A DNA stretch of 58,275 bases, filler included, from Sphacelaria rigidula (taxonomy: Eukaryota): NCBI GenBank assembly GCA_964200075.2. It is 8 parts of 8 records of this genome, joined end to end, with 100 filler letters (N's around TTAATTAATTAA, not from the genome) between each part and the next. Parts side by side here need not be neighbours in the genome. Positions count along the whole stretch, not along the records: positions 36,487 to 43,683 come from CAXNAA020016012.1; positions 43,784 to 50,979 come from CAXNAA020016013.1; 6 more parts are not named here. The stretch is one strand, 5' to 3'. The position numbers and the translations under genes were made by a program. Position 1 is the stretch's first letter; every line of letters starts with the position of its first letter. Positions 36,387-48,689 of the stretch are shown here, piece after piece. Under the pieces are notes generated by a model. The model worked only from the letters and a program-made list of their open reading frames with translations. It had not been told where the DNA came from and did no database searches.

Positions 36387-36486
36387 NNNNNNNNNNNNNN
36401 NNNNNNNNNNNNNNNNNNNNNNNNNNNNNNTTAATTAATTAANNNNNNNNNNNNNNNNNNNNNNNNNNNNNNNNNNNNNNNNNNNN
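36387..36486. other. Artificial contig-joining spacer
   Basis: Same 100-nt spacer. Confidence 0.99.
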
Positions 36487-36589
36487 AGTTCACAGTGATA
36501 TGCTTACATGGGGTTTATTCGGGAAACTCGGGAAGCTGTGGTGTGAGCAAGTTTTAGCAGCTTTTGAGCTGGCCCAGCTCGTTTCTTAT

Positions 36590-38090
36590 CCCGTCCTGTT
36601 TCGTCCTCTGTGGCCACCATTTATCTCCTAGTATAGCCATCGTCTTCTCTCTACTGTCTAATACATCGAACGATTTCATGCCACCTCCGTTCACGCCTTG
36701 CATTTCCCCCTCTAGCACGTCCCATTCCTCCTTGTATGGTTCACATTCTGCGAGTACATGACTTCTGCTCTCTACTCTTTTGCCACAGGGGCAGTTCTGT
36801 CCATCTACTTCCTCCTCCACACGACTACTGGTATATCTCTCAGTTATTTCTGGCAGGTCCACGTCCCCCATCCGGAATCGCAGTTTCAATTGTTCCGCCG
36901 CGTCGAAGGGGCCATGCAGATACGGTTTAATCCCGATCCCCTCTCTTGACCTCCCGTATTTATTCAGGTGTGCTTCCTCGTCTACTTTGCGTCCGAGCGC
37001 TTCTTTTTCCCTTATTTCCATCATGCCTCTTACTTTTGTCTAGTACCCCGCGTCTTCACCTACGGACAGTATTTCGTCTGGGTTTCCTCCTATCTACTTC
37101 CATACTTTCTCGACTTCTCTATCCCACCGTATTCCAGCATGCCCTTTCTTACTTTTCTTTTATACAGCCCTATCAACTATAGTTGACAATCTCTTTTCCT
37201 ACATGTTCTTTACGCTATATGGCCCTCTTGATTTCCTCATGTCCCTGTTTCGAGTCAGTACCTTTCCAACTCTGCTCTCGATGCTTTATGACTCGTCGTT
37301 TTCGAGCATCCAAGTATCTCCGTAGCTGCTGTCATCTGTACTGTTTCCAACCTCTTCACTAACTGCACGTTACCCTCCCATACTTCTGCATATTCCAGCT
37401 TCGGTACGATCACGTTCATAAGGATACATCTCTTGATCCTAGTGTCTAGATGCGAGTTTCTGAGGACCACGTCCATCCTGCCTATCTGTGCCTTACACTT
37501 TTCTATTACTTCATTCATGTGTGCATCCGAAGAACAGTTTTTCGAGATCTTCACGCCGAGGAATGTATACTGGTCTACGATCGGCGGTTCCTCTTCTCCC
37601 CACTTCCATTTGAACCCTACCGGATTTTTGTTATCTTCGTTACAGACGAGTACCGCGCATTCGTTGACATTCACTGTCACTCTCCATTCCCTAATGTATC
37701 CTAGCGCCTTTTCACATTTGTTTTTATGCAGTCCTTCTGGTGTTTCTGAAATCCCCACAAAATCATCCGCGAACATCAATCTTGATATCACATCTTCACC
37801 CGCCTTCACTCCTTGCTCTGCTGCTTCTATTAATGAACACCTTGAATAAAGTGGGTGATGGTGTACATCCGCGTGGAACTCCTTGCGAAATATCATAATA
37901 TATTTTGATATTTCCCCGTCTAGCATCATGGCACTTTTGGCACACTCTGCCATCTTCTTCACCATTCTCCTCATTTTTCCTCTGATCCCAGTTTCTCACA
38001 ACTTTTTCCACAGCCCATTTCTCCATACCGTCATAAGCCTTTCGCATGCCCAGAAAGAAACAGTACGTTGTCCGCCCGGTGTCCTTCTTA
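36590..38090 (-). mobile_element. Decayed LINE (non-LTR) reverse transcriptase and C-terminal region
   Basis: CFFL..KAYD, QGVPRGCTPSPTLF, LMFADDFVG, YTFLGV, PKLEYA, CPCG..ESRSHV.AEC; several frameshifts. Confidence 0.93.
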
Positions 38091-38197
38091 CGTTGACCAC
38101 GTCTTGTTTATTGCTCGCCTTGGTCGTTTGACCATTGACCACGCATCCCTTTCAAGGCGGAGAACCGTTCTTACTCCTAACATAGACACCTCCGGGG

Positions 38198-38900
38198 GTG
38201 GGGGATGGGGGGGCGAAGTGCACTCATGTTCTTGGATGCCGTAGTAACGAGATCATTGACATCTCACCCCTACAAAGCTGGGGCGGAGCACGCCGGGTTT
38301 TCGCCGGACCAGGCTCGCACTCAATCACCAAGCGCGAAGCGAGTCGCATGAAGGGTGAGCTGCATCCTGCTAAGATTGTTCGGCCCGAAGCCTACTGGTT
38401 ATCTTACATTTGGATGATAGCCTCCAATGAGTTGCTTCACTCTCTAGTATCGCCACTTCCAGAGACAGTCCCGGCTTATACACTGCCTCATGGGTGTCTC
38501 ACCATGTGAACACTGCGTAGTAGAATCATCCCCGTTGTACGGAGTGGAGGTTCTCCCACGCCGCACGACACGATCTAGCTCGGCCAGCATTATGGCTACC
38601 GCAAAGAAAAATGCAAGCGCTCAAAAGCAAATCGGTAACCTGGTTGCCTAGCTTACCCAGTGAGTGGCGTGTTTTACAGCGTCATCGCCAACCGACGCCG
38701 ACCCCATCGGAGGTTCACCCCAACCAAGCCGGGACGGAGCACCCGACATCGAACTGCAAGGCGTGTACCGGAGAGAGACGTGTTGATTCCTTGAGACCAC
38801 TGACTCTTCCCGCGAAAGGGGAAGGGTTCAAAGTGCGAAAAAAATGTATCTAGGCCGGAGTACCACACGCGTGATCAGCGTCCCACCCAGGAGGGTCCTA
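38198..38900 (-). mobile_element. Longest copy of the ~700-bp non-coding repeat (5' limit uncertain)
   Basis: Similar to 35640-36120 and 1-118; a segment also matches 47195-47270. Confidence 0.7.
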
Positions 38901-38940
38901 AGAAGCCGTGTGACGAATGATCCTGTTTCCAAGGGTTGTC

Positions 38941-39070
38941 CAGGGCTCTTTACGTTACATGTTATACGTCACAAACGTACGTCACACCCTTGTGACGTAA
39001 CGTATCGTATGTTTTTCGGATACGTTCACATTTGTGACGTAACGTGTAACGTGTAACGTAAAGAGCCCTG
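38941..39070. mobile_element. 130-bp hAT-like MITE
   Basis: Perfect TIR CAGGGCTCTTTACGTTACA / TGTAACGTAAAGAGCCCTG; subterminal GTGACGTAACGT repeats; 8-bp flanks match only 5/8. Confidence 0.75.
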
Positions 39071-39366
39071 GTATTTTCTGGGAAAACGGTGGGGGGGAAG
39101 GTTTACAGCAGATCAAGTACGTTTATTGAGAGAAAAAAAACAACGGCAAGTTTTTGCTTCATTGGGCAAACTTATGACGAAGAGAAGACTGACTGAGTTT
39201 TGCGGTATGTCATGTCCGTTTTCCACTTTGTCATAAAATACCGACCGGGCAGAGGCCTATTTTTAGTACCCAGGACAAGAAGCGCAGTACAGTATAGTGC
39301 AGTACAGTGCACGCAGTACGATTGAGTACGAGCTGGGTCAGCCGAGAAGCGAATTTGTAGTTTGCA

Positions 39367-39629
39367 GGCCCATTGTACGGCCAATATTTGGAGTTGAACC
39401 CTGAAATTTGGTATGGACAATGAATAGGGCATGATAAAAACAAATACCAGTGCACACAAGTTTTTTTTTCATGACCTAGGAGCATTTTACTGATGGCTGA
39501 AAACTGATTATTGCCCTCAACTCATGGAAAAAAACCTTGTGTCTACTGGTATTTCTTTTTATTATACCCTATTCATTGTCCATACTAAATCTCTGTGTCC
39601 AACTCTAAATATTGGCCGTAGAATCGGCC
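39367..39629. mobile_element. Foldback MITE, ~105-bp arms
   Basis: TACGGCCAATATTT...GTATGGACAATGAATAGGG...ATACCAGT and its reverse complement, separated by a ~47-bp loop. Confidence 0.85.
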
Positions 39630-41147
39630 GTTTAGTGACGGGGTCAGACCTTCGGAACAGTATTTTGCAGGCCACTTACCGGCCCACGTTTGGTGTTCCT
39701 TTATTGAAACTTTGTGTGGACCGTGGCTAGGACATGATTGATGAAGCAAAATAGGTCGGGTTGATTTTTTCATATCTTCTCTGGTTTAGGGCGTTTTAGT
39801 ATCGACGACCATTTCTTCACGATAACGCCCGAACCTTTCCCCCCTCCCCCCAAAAATAAAATAAATAAGGACCCATTTTTTTTTATTCAGCATACCTCTG
39901 TGATCCTTTATCGTGAGTTCCAAAATGAGCTAAGGCCCAAGAGCAGTGTAAATTTCTCCTCAAAGCTGCCGGAAAAACGGATTTTTTTTTTTGTTGAAAA
40001 AACGAAGAAAATATAAAAGCTGTTTCGTCTAGGCTGTTTCGTCTAGCTTTATTATGCACCATCGGTTCTCCATACGAAATTTCATGGCACCATTCTCAAA
40101 GACTGAGACACGATGTACGGATTTAGAGCATATAGAGCCTCTGCTCGTAATATATTGATTCTTGTATGGAAACTTATTTTCACCATATCTCGAGATAGAT
40201 AACGAGTTAGGTAAATGTGAGGGTGTTTATCGTCTCCCCGTGCTGCAGCGAATGCCCACACCAAAAATCGTCATCCGCTGAATACATCAATCGGGGATTT
40301 CATTTAGATTTTAGTGTGGACACCATCTCCGTTAGGTGAAGGAATTACTAGACATGAGTTTTTTTCAACGAGAAAATATTGGCCCAGGCGTTTGAGCAGA
40401 TGGGCATCTTCCCGTTAATTAGATGATTCATACGATGTGCGGATCATGGTCCAACTCGTTTGTGTCGATGAAATTTTGTTTTGAGAGCTTGGATCCATTT
40501 CTAGGTTGGCCCAGCTCGTATACAGTACAAGCAGCGCCGTGCAGTGTGGTACACGCAGAAAATTTGGGTACACAGCCCTTAGCAATGGCCGCCTTTTCCT
40601 TAGCAACGCTGCCTCTCGCCCCAGCAGCCGTTTCTTCACGTATTCCCAGCCCCTTCTTATGAGCATGAGCGGCTCGTCTCTTACCACCTTTAGCGCAGTG
40701 CCAGGAGGCGCTACTGTTTTCCTACGTCTTTTGCGGGGCATCGCCCTGGGGTACGCTGTGACCCGCAGCGCCCCATCTCATCTGGTAATATCTCGCGCAC
40801 ATCTTCAACATCTCAAAAACGGTCTCAAAAGCTCCCTCGTTTATATTCCAAGGTCTCCATTGATGTGTCGTTTGCATTTTACTTAAATATGAATGTGGGG
40901 GTGGGTGGCCTTCTTCCCCCTCGCACGAAAAACAATGCAGTTATAATCATCCGGACCTCTTCCATGCTGGACGATATGCCTGAGGACGAAACTATCACCG
41001 TTGGAAAGCCACAGTTGCCAGCTTTCGTATGTTGTGCGCAATGCATATCATTACTCATGTCCTTTCGTTGGTTTTGTCTGAAACTGCGAAAGAGAACATG
41101 GTGTACTCGCGTATGACTAAAGTTATCATTTGCACATTTCGACGGAA

Positions 41148-41265
41148 CAAAAAAACGAAATCCGTCGGGAATCGAACTCGTGACCTCCATAACTGGAGGC
41201 TCCTGTATCAGTTGGATTGAAGGAGCGCAGTCGTGCCACACGAAAAGTTTGACGCTGCGCCAAAT
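41148..41265 (-). other. tRNA-like / Pol III relic
   Basis: A-box-like TGGCGCAGCG, B-box GAGTTCGATTCCC and a downstream T-run; I could not fold a proper cloverleaf. Confidence 0.35.
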
Positions 41266-41649
41266 TTCTGGGATTTTTGGCCGAAGTTGCACCAGGATTT
41301 CCTCCACACAAGGACCCACAACTACACTAGGGATGCTCCTGTATTTGTTTACTTTCACGGATTTGAAGCATTTTTACAGTTTTTTCAGAAACTTGAAATC
41401 ACTCTAACTTCCTCTTTTGTTTTGTTTTTTGGTATCCCCGGCAAGGTTGTGCGTACTGATGATAAAAATGATGTGTCAAAATTTTAGCGCCCAACGCTTC
41501 GGATTACCCACCGCCCGGCCCGGATACACTCGCGAATCACTGTCAGCTTGCCCAGCTCGTAGCCTTTTGATCATTAATATCTTTCCCCGCTCCCGTGTCC
41601 TCTCTGCCTTCCGCCTCCACCCTTGTTTTATTTCTCCTCCATCACACAG

Positions 41650-41722
41650 GTGTTCTTCGTTAGGCGCAGGCTGAAACTCGGGACTCTGGTGATCTCTCTG
41701 TATTACCTTTCCCTCTGGGTTG
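41650..41722 (+). CDS. TspO/MBR family protein, internal exon
   Basis: Polypyrimidine + CAG acceptor, GTGAGT donor; VFFVRRRLKLGTLVISLYYLSLWV resembles the TspO FF..R.L TM4 region. Confidence 0.78.
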
Positions 41723-42647
41723 GTGAGTGTCTACCCCGACATCCCCCCAACCCCCCCGTCCCCCCGCCCGGTCACTTCTATTCTTTCCGAATAGATTTGG
41801 TCGTTGGCAGTCGACCAGATTGCGATTTTTGCAAAATGCTGGTGAGTCGCGAGCCCTACCTGCCGTACCGGACAAGAAGCGAAAAAAAAAGCCGTGTAAA
41901 ACACGCGCAACAGTTTTTCATGTGGGCTGTGGCTCAAAACCGAATCGGCGTGACCGCTCAGTGTTGGTACGAAACTAGATTCCCAAACCCGGCACCAGTC
42001 ACATATTTTAGAACTTGTCGCATTTTTCCTTGGTCCCGAGTGGTCATTTTTTTCTCTAGTTTTTGTGACTCTCGAAGAAGGTACGCGGATCAATCTCTCT
42101 TGTCCCTACGACCGTCCGTCGTGGTTGCAGTACTATGCATGGAAGATATTGATACTGCGATACTATTTTATCAAAGTCAAGTTGTTCCGAATTTCATACC
42201 TGGGCGACGACTGTAGTTTGTGTCTGCATCGATCCCACCCTCCTTCCCGTTTCTTCCACGAAGACTTTGTTGTCGTTGACTACTGCCCAGTCTCAGCCCA
42301 GAAGTGAAGAGTTGATGTTCGTCCCTGCGCACACCGCTATTCGTACGTGAGTCTTGCTCGAGAATCCCGTGTTTTGGCCACACCTGTGGTCTGTCCATCG
42401 GCACCATGCACCCTACAGTAGCCATTCTACATCAAGCATGCCCAAAAGTGTTTTTCTGTGTTGCAATGATTCCTGTCTCATGGGGTATGCTTCAGCCTTA
42501 TAGTCTTGCATTGAAGCCCGGGTAGACAACATGGTCGTTGTCTCCAGCTTCCTGAGGTCGAATTTACGTTCATTAGTACCTGAGCACACCGCAAATGTGA
42601 CCAAAAAGTCCCGCGATAGTTTTCGAAACGTTCCCTTTCCTCCGTCC

Positions 42648-42682
<35 letters not shown>

Positions 42683-42834
42683 CGTGCGTTATGTCTTCCT
42701 GTCTGCTTGTGTAAATATCTTGAGTGTTTTGTCACGCACATCTTCGACATACCGCGACACGACGTTTTTTCTGCCGGGATATGTGGTGTAACACGGCGTA
42801 TGCCTCGCTTCGGATTTTTTTTTGCCTTGCGCAG

Positions 42835-42923
42835 GCATCAAGCTGTTCTTTGACGTGAGCGACCGGGCGGGCTATCTTTTTGCCCCGACGGCCGCGTGGG
42901 TAACCGTTGCGACCGCGCTGCAG
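42835..42923 (+). CDS. TspO/MBR family protein, next exon
   Basis: CAG acceptor, GTGAGC donor; (G)IKLFFDVSDRAGYLFAPTAAWVTVATALQ matches TM5 motif F..VS..AG.L..P...W...AT.L; phase fits the previous exon. Confidence 0.82.
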
Positions 42924-43683
42924 GTGAGCCATTCGTGGGAGGGGGAGGGGGGGGGAGTTGCGTGATGTCGATTTGACTATTGGAATGTACGGCTAATATG
43001 TGGCGCAGGGGGTACTTGTGGAGTTTTATTTTCCGTACAAACAGTACAGTGACTTCACCGACGTCTCCCTCACGAGAGCGTGATTTGAACCATTTTGATT
43101 CATTCCATTGCTCTAGTATTTGAACCGTTATATTCCCTGAGGGATTCTTCGTTAGGATGGAGGGGTTTGGCTTGTGGGTTTTGGGCGCGCACTCGTGTGT
43201 GTGTGAGCGATAGAAAGAGGGGGGCGTACTCATTTGTTGCTTGCCGTAGTCATTTGACCATTGACCACGCGATAGAGAGAGGGGGGGGGGGATTTTGTCG
43301 ACAAATCAGCTAGGGAGGGATTGGATCACTTGATGGCTCCTGTTTGTTGCTTCGGCACTCAACACTTCCTGCATCGGCGCGAAAACAGGCGGTCAATTGG
43401 TGAATGAATCGTTTCAGTTCTAAAATGCCCCTCCACGAGACCCGATACGCGTTCGTTAGTAGCTTGCCACTTAGGGCCCTTCTTAACGAAGGGGATAATT
43501 CCCTTTTTCCAAATCCTCTTTTTGAAACACGCCCGGTGATTGGTCGCTGCGATATCACCCCCCCCAAAAAAAACTCCCCTCAACGTCCACGGAAATCCCC
43601 TCTGGAGAGGGGATTTCTGGACACCTCGAAGGGGAACATACGTGTCCGGTTGACAGGGGCACATGCAAAGGCTTACCACACAG

Positions 43684-43783
43684 NNNNNNNNNNNNNNNNN
43701 NNNNNNNNNNNNNNNNNNNNNNNNNNNTTAATTAATTAANNNNNNNNNNNNNNNNNNNNNNNNNNNNNNNNNNNNNNNNNNNN
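43684..43783. other. Artificial contig-joining spacer
   Basis: Same 100-nt spacer. Confidence 0.99.
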
Positions 43784-43967
43784 CCTGCATGCTCATTGAG
43801 ACACCCCCCCCCCCCCCCTCCCGCGCCCGACTAAAGCAAGCAACAAATAGTTACGCCCCCCCTCCCCCCTATCGTAGGATGACTCGCACACACATACACA
43901 CACACTGAAGTGGAGAAAACAGGAAAGAGACGGAAATATCATCCCCACCATATTGCTGGTACATCAC

Positions 43968-44092
43968 CTCGTTTGGAAACGTAGTATTGTGGTCCTCCGG
44001 CGGCTCGACAAACCCGTCGACACCGAGGATATCTCCCCATGCCGTATTCCTACACGCATAATCCGCGTAGTCACAGCCGTAGCTTTTTCCGC
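43968..44092 (-). CDS. Possible isolated exon of an unknown protein
   Basis: CAG acceptor, GTGATG donor; open frame GKSYGCDYADYACRNTAWGDILGVDGFVEPPEDHNTTFPNE; no partner exon found. Confidence 0.35.
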
Positions 44093-46987
44093 CTGCCAGC
44101 GAAGACATGCACACTGTCACCGTAGGGTACGCGTACCTGTCGTCCTGTTATTATCGAACCGCCGCCGTCACCAAACAAAACACCCCTCGATATCAAGCGA
44201 CCGGTGTCGTGGGGGTGTGAGGGGGGGGTGGTACAACAAATTCGATATATAGTAGTCATACTTGAAACAAAAGATTTTCGATTGGAAGCCACTTCTTCAG
44301 GTTTTTCGGTTACCACGACTTATCACGGTTTCTGTTTTATCCAAAGCTTCGAGAATCGAGAGACATGATAACCTTTTTCAAATTTCGAGAAAAAAGTGTA
44401 AGTCACGACAATTGTTGACCGGCATACGACCCCAACAGTCTTTGGAGGTTCTACCAGAGTACAGCACCTGAGTCTTGCTCTTTTATATTTTCGCTTGGCC
44501 AAAACGGTCGGGATCGTTACAATAAACAATTGTGTGCATTCAGTTATCTATTTTTTATATAGCCATCGCGCTAGAGTCGAAGACCCGTGTTTTTGGTCCA
44601 TATGCGGTCAACAAAACCCCCTGACAAACCGGGTTTCACGAGCCATCATTCCGACCACACAAAGTTGGGAATCGTGTCCTGAGCACGACCTGCTTCATTT
44701 CTCAAAGTCTAACTCGCGAGTGAAGGTGACAAATTATCTGTGATTAGAAAATCCCGATTGACTGAATACCATACTTGCAGTTTGACTTCTGTGGGCCATC
44801 GTGAAACCGTTCGAGCGTGGCCGAAGGCCGTGTATTTGTCGAGACAGAAAAAAAAAGCACAGAAAAAATCCAGAGTCCAAAAGTAGCACGTCGATTCGTC
44901 GACGCACCCGTAAACCCGCCCAGCGACCACTCAATGTGCTGCTTCCGAATGTTTGTGTCGTCGCTCCGCTTCTTGTCCCGGTAAGAAAAAGAAGGGGGGA
45001 AGGGACCCAAGCCGAAAGAAGCACATGCATTGGTCGCCGTAGTATCACCCTCTCCTCCACGGAAAGACGCGGCGGCGCTTTTTTCAGGTGCCGCAGCGCT
45101 ATTCGTCTTGGGGCGGCACTTTTTCAAAACTGCATGTCTTACATATATATATATATATTCAGGCTATTCGTCGAGACTCTTTTGGGATGTTCGCCATGAG
45201 GAGAAACATGAACCAACGACGCAGCGACCCTTGCTGTGAGGCACATCCGACACACAACCCGGACCTGAGAGGCATGTGCTCAAGTAAACATCTGATCTCA
45301 TTGTCCCGGGATAGACAGTGAACAGCTCGAGCCGTATTTATTGATCAAGTGACTACGAGGTTTTCAGGTTGGAAAAAATCGGTTCGAAACTGAATGAGAC
45401 GCGATGATTTCTGCCAGATAGTGGCTGTAAAGGAGTCCTTAATAACCAGTCTTTCAGACGTTATCGACTATTTCGGACAAGATTTCCGAGTTTTAGAAAA
45501 CGAAAGGCTGAGGATGAAATCCAACGCTAGACTCTCCCAGCAGTATGAACTGAGCCTCAAATTATTCAATGCCTTGACCTGGTGGAGGAATCTGCCCTCA
45601 CAGAGTGCATCTACGGTAGGGGTGTGAAATGTTTCTCTGAGGCTCTGTATTTGGGGAGCCTGTCGATGACAAACATCTCGGCCTTACTGTGCAGTCTCAG
45701 AAAACATTTGTACTGGAAAGTGCACCCCTACCGCAGAATCTCCTCGCATTTTTTCGGGGATGGAATGTTTTCATCTGAAAGAGTCGGAGAAGTCTGAAAA
45801 AACACAGTACAGTTAATAACGACCCTACAACACCGACAAACGGTCAGTGACTCTATCTCGAGGCCGTGCCTGAACGAAACAATAACTTTCATCAAAATTA
45901 TTTTCGACAGACATGATCGTTACTGTTCAGAGCCTCATAGTTGTCAGAGATCACCCACCATTTTCATTCAAGGGCGAAGCTTTTCCCGGTATGAGAACGT
46001 GATGCCGTGACAACACGCGACCAGACCAGTACGTCACCCCCGCGACAGATAGCTGTGCACTTCCGGTGTGTGCCTGAGGTCCCATGATGAGCTGAACGGC
46101 CCACGCATCGCCGCCAATATACGTTGCTTTTCGCGTGCTCGGGGGGTTCTTCCCTCCGCGACTAATTATTATGAGCTTTGTTCGAAGGGCGTCGAGCATG
46201 TGGCACCAGCCTTGAACGGATCAACGATAAGGTGTCAACAGGCACAATCATGAACGAAGTTAAAGCTCTCCTCCAAAAGTGTTTTTCTCGACAAGACGGA
46301 CCCTGAGCAATTTTTTGCTGCGTTAACGCTGGCGGCTCTCTTCCAACACCCAAGAGGTTGCCGTGAGACACGCAGCACTGTGGTTAGATGAGCAAGAGAT
46401 AGCGCCAGGCATGATGCACTTTGTGCTGTATAACGACCAATCAGACCGGAAATGTTTTAATGACCCGTTCGGCGATCAATCAACGCGCTGCATTTGGACC
46501 CTCGTCTCCTTCCTGGTTTCTCTTTTCGCTGTCTCGATTAAACAGGGCCCCAGGCCGTGTCTTACCGAGACAAGAACAAGAAGCGCAGAGCGGGACAAGC
46601 GTCCGTCAGAAAGTAGCATATCGATAAGTCGCCGCAACCATAGATCCGCCCAGAAATCAATTTACGTGCTGCTTTTGAACGCTCGTTTAGTTTCTCGCCT
46701 TTTCTTCTGTATCGATAAGACAGGGCGTAACCTCTTCGACCAGAACTTGCTCATAACCCCAAGACACTTCATAACCACTGTCAGGACAATTTTGCGCCAG
46801 TATTAACAATTCCGTGCCAAGTCTGGGCAGATGGGGGAGGAGGTATTGAACATGGATGAAATCGAGGAACATCCAACGCTAGGGTCCCTCAACATCAACA
46901 TTTTCTCGAAAGCCTCTGGCCATGCGGACACGCCCCTTTAATCCGCGTAGTCCACGGATCAACATACATTCAGAACTATAAATCTAT

Positions 46988-47075
46988 GCCGCGCGCCCCG
47001 GTGGTGTGATGGTCCGACTGTCACCATTAGGGTGTGGAGAGAACGGGGGTTCGATTCCCGATGCGTTGGTTTTCT
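46988..47075 (+). mobile_element. tRNA-derived SINE head
   Basis: A-box TGGTGTGATGG (47002-47012), B-box GGTTCGATTCCC (47048-47059); second copy of the 5' 40 bp at 51080-51122 (-). Confidence 0.65.
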
Positions 47076-47377
47076 TCTTCGCAATATCTGATTTCCACCG
47101 TGGAAAGCGTGAGAACGTGAGTAAACAAACGTAGTCGACTGAGTTTTCTTGACATGAACTGACGCGGTGGGAGTGCTGACCCAATTCGCGAGATCAAGAT
47201 GCAAGGCGTATACCGGGAGGGAATATGATGACCCCTTGAGACCACAGACTCGTTCCAAGGAAGGGTATGGGGCGGGCGGGGGGGGGGGGGGGGGGGGGGG
47301 GAAGGGGGGAGCCGATTTTTGGGGTGGGGTGGGGGTTGTCAATGGAACACGGCACCCCTTTTGAGAGNNNNNNNNNN

Positions 47378-47429
<52 letters not shown>

Positions 47430-47433
47430 GGAA

Positions 47434-47491
47434 GGGCGTACTCATTTGTTGCTTGCCGTAGTCGTTTGACCATTGACCACGCATCCCTTTT
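47434..47491 (-). mobile_element. Isolated LINE-type 3' tail followed by a long C-run that contains a 10-N assembly gap (47368-47377)
   Basis: GGGATGCGTGGTCAATGGTCAAACGACTACGGCAAGCAACAAATGAGTACGCCC. Confidence 0.8.
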
Positions 47492-48151
47492 GAGACGCAG
47501 CAGCAAATACGACGAAAAACAAATCGCAATGAGGGTGTCAAAATCTGTATGGAATTTGTATGAGATTTAGAACTAAGGGTCCAAAACCAGATACAGGAAG
47601 GAAAGAGGGCCGAAATCCTCGCTTTGAGTGTATGCTGATCCGCAGACTGAGCGAGTCGAAGTGGCGTGTCCGCGTGGTCGCGTGCTTTCCACTTAATATA
47701 AATGGTGAAGGAAGCTTACGCTCGACATTGAGACAGGGCTAACGGTATGCTTCCACTGTGCTCGTAGTTTCTTCTTAGAGGGTGGCTCTACCAACTTGTC
47801 GTCCGCTTCTCTCTCTTACTGTCTATATGGTGGTTATGTCATGGGTGGGGCACGCATGCGTCATTTTGTGCATGTAACGTTTCATTGAGGATACAATAAT
47901 CCTTCACCATCGATGATAAGAGCGCCCACAATCAAGTCGGCAAGTTTGGTATGGATGGGTTCCACACCGTTGACATCTCGCGCATAGCCCACAAGATGGC
48001 CATGCTAACGGATGGGATGTGGTGGCCCAGCGATCTTCAGAACACGGTCAAACTTTCCAAGAATCGAGAAAATTTAAAAAGGTCAGAATATGTGCTGGCT
48101 CATTTCAACTGCCTAAGATGGTACAGCGACTACAACTCATATCCCGCCGCA

Positions 48152-48398
48152 GGCACTTTCTACGATAGCCCCCCCCCAAAAGTGCATGGTTTTGGGAGGC
48201 AAAACCTTCACGTAAATAGAAGTGGGAAAAGCCGAGCACAACGAGAAACTGGGGATTCCCACGCTTGGGTTTGTTCTAGCCAATGTCGCCGATATGAGGT
48301 GCTTCATGCAGCCTGAACCTGAACATCAGGCGCTGTGTGGCCATTTTTTTCGTGATACTTTTAGCTGGTTGTGGGTGGGGGCTATCGTAGAAAGTGTC
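48152..48398 (+). mobile_element. MITE family A, 247 bp, 4-bp TSD CGCA
   Basis: TIRs GGCACTTTCTACGATAGCCCCC / GGGGGCTATCGTAGAAAGTGTC; CGCA at 48148-48151 and 48399-48402. Confidence 0.92.
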
Positions 48399-48689
48399 CG
48401 CATATATTACATTTCTCTGAGACCAGAATCTTCATTCAGTCGACAACATTGCGTCGTTCAAAGCTGGAAAACAGTCACGGTTACGCCAGTGGGGTGCTGT
48501 GTCTCTCTTACACTTAATAGGAGCGGCATACGGTCTACCGACCGTACTGTACCGGGGCTATGGTTAGGTTACGTTTCAAGGGCCGGACGAACCAGAGTCC
48601 ATGCGAATTGGCTCCTCATGAATGTTGGGTGTGCTTCATGTGCCGAAGAGTCCTCACGTACTGTCACTGCCGGGAAAAATATCAATTCG

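Noticed and set aside
40415-40741. ORF starting MPRKRRRK (NLS-like)
   Set aside because: Short, embedded in repeat-like DNA, with no domain evidence.
41148-41265. Functional tRNA gene
   Set aside because: The B-box and T-run are present, but I could not form convincing D and anticodon arms.
45950-46940. Coding-like plus-strand stretch (WLDEQEIA..., GRNLFDQNLL...)
   Set aside because: It has in-frame stops and no identifiable homology; possibly a pseudogene, but unsupported.
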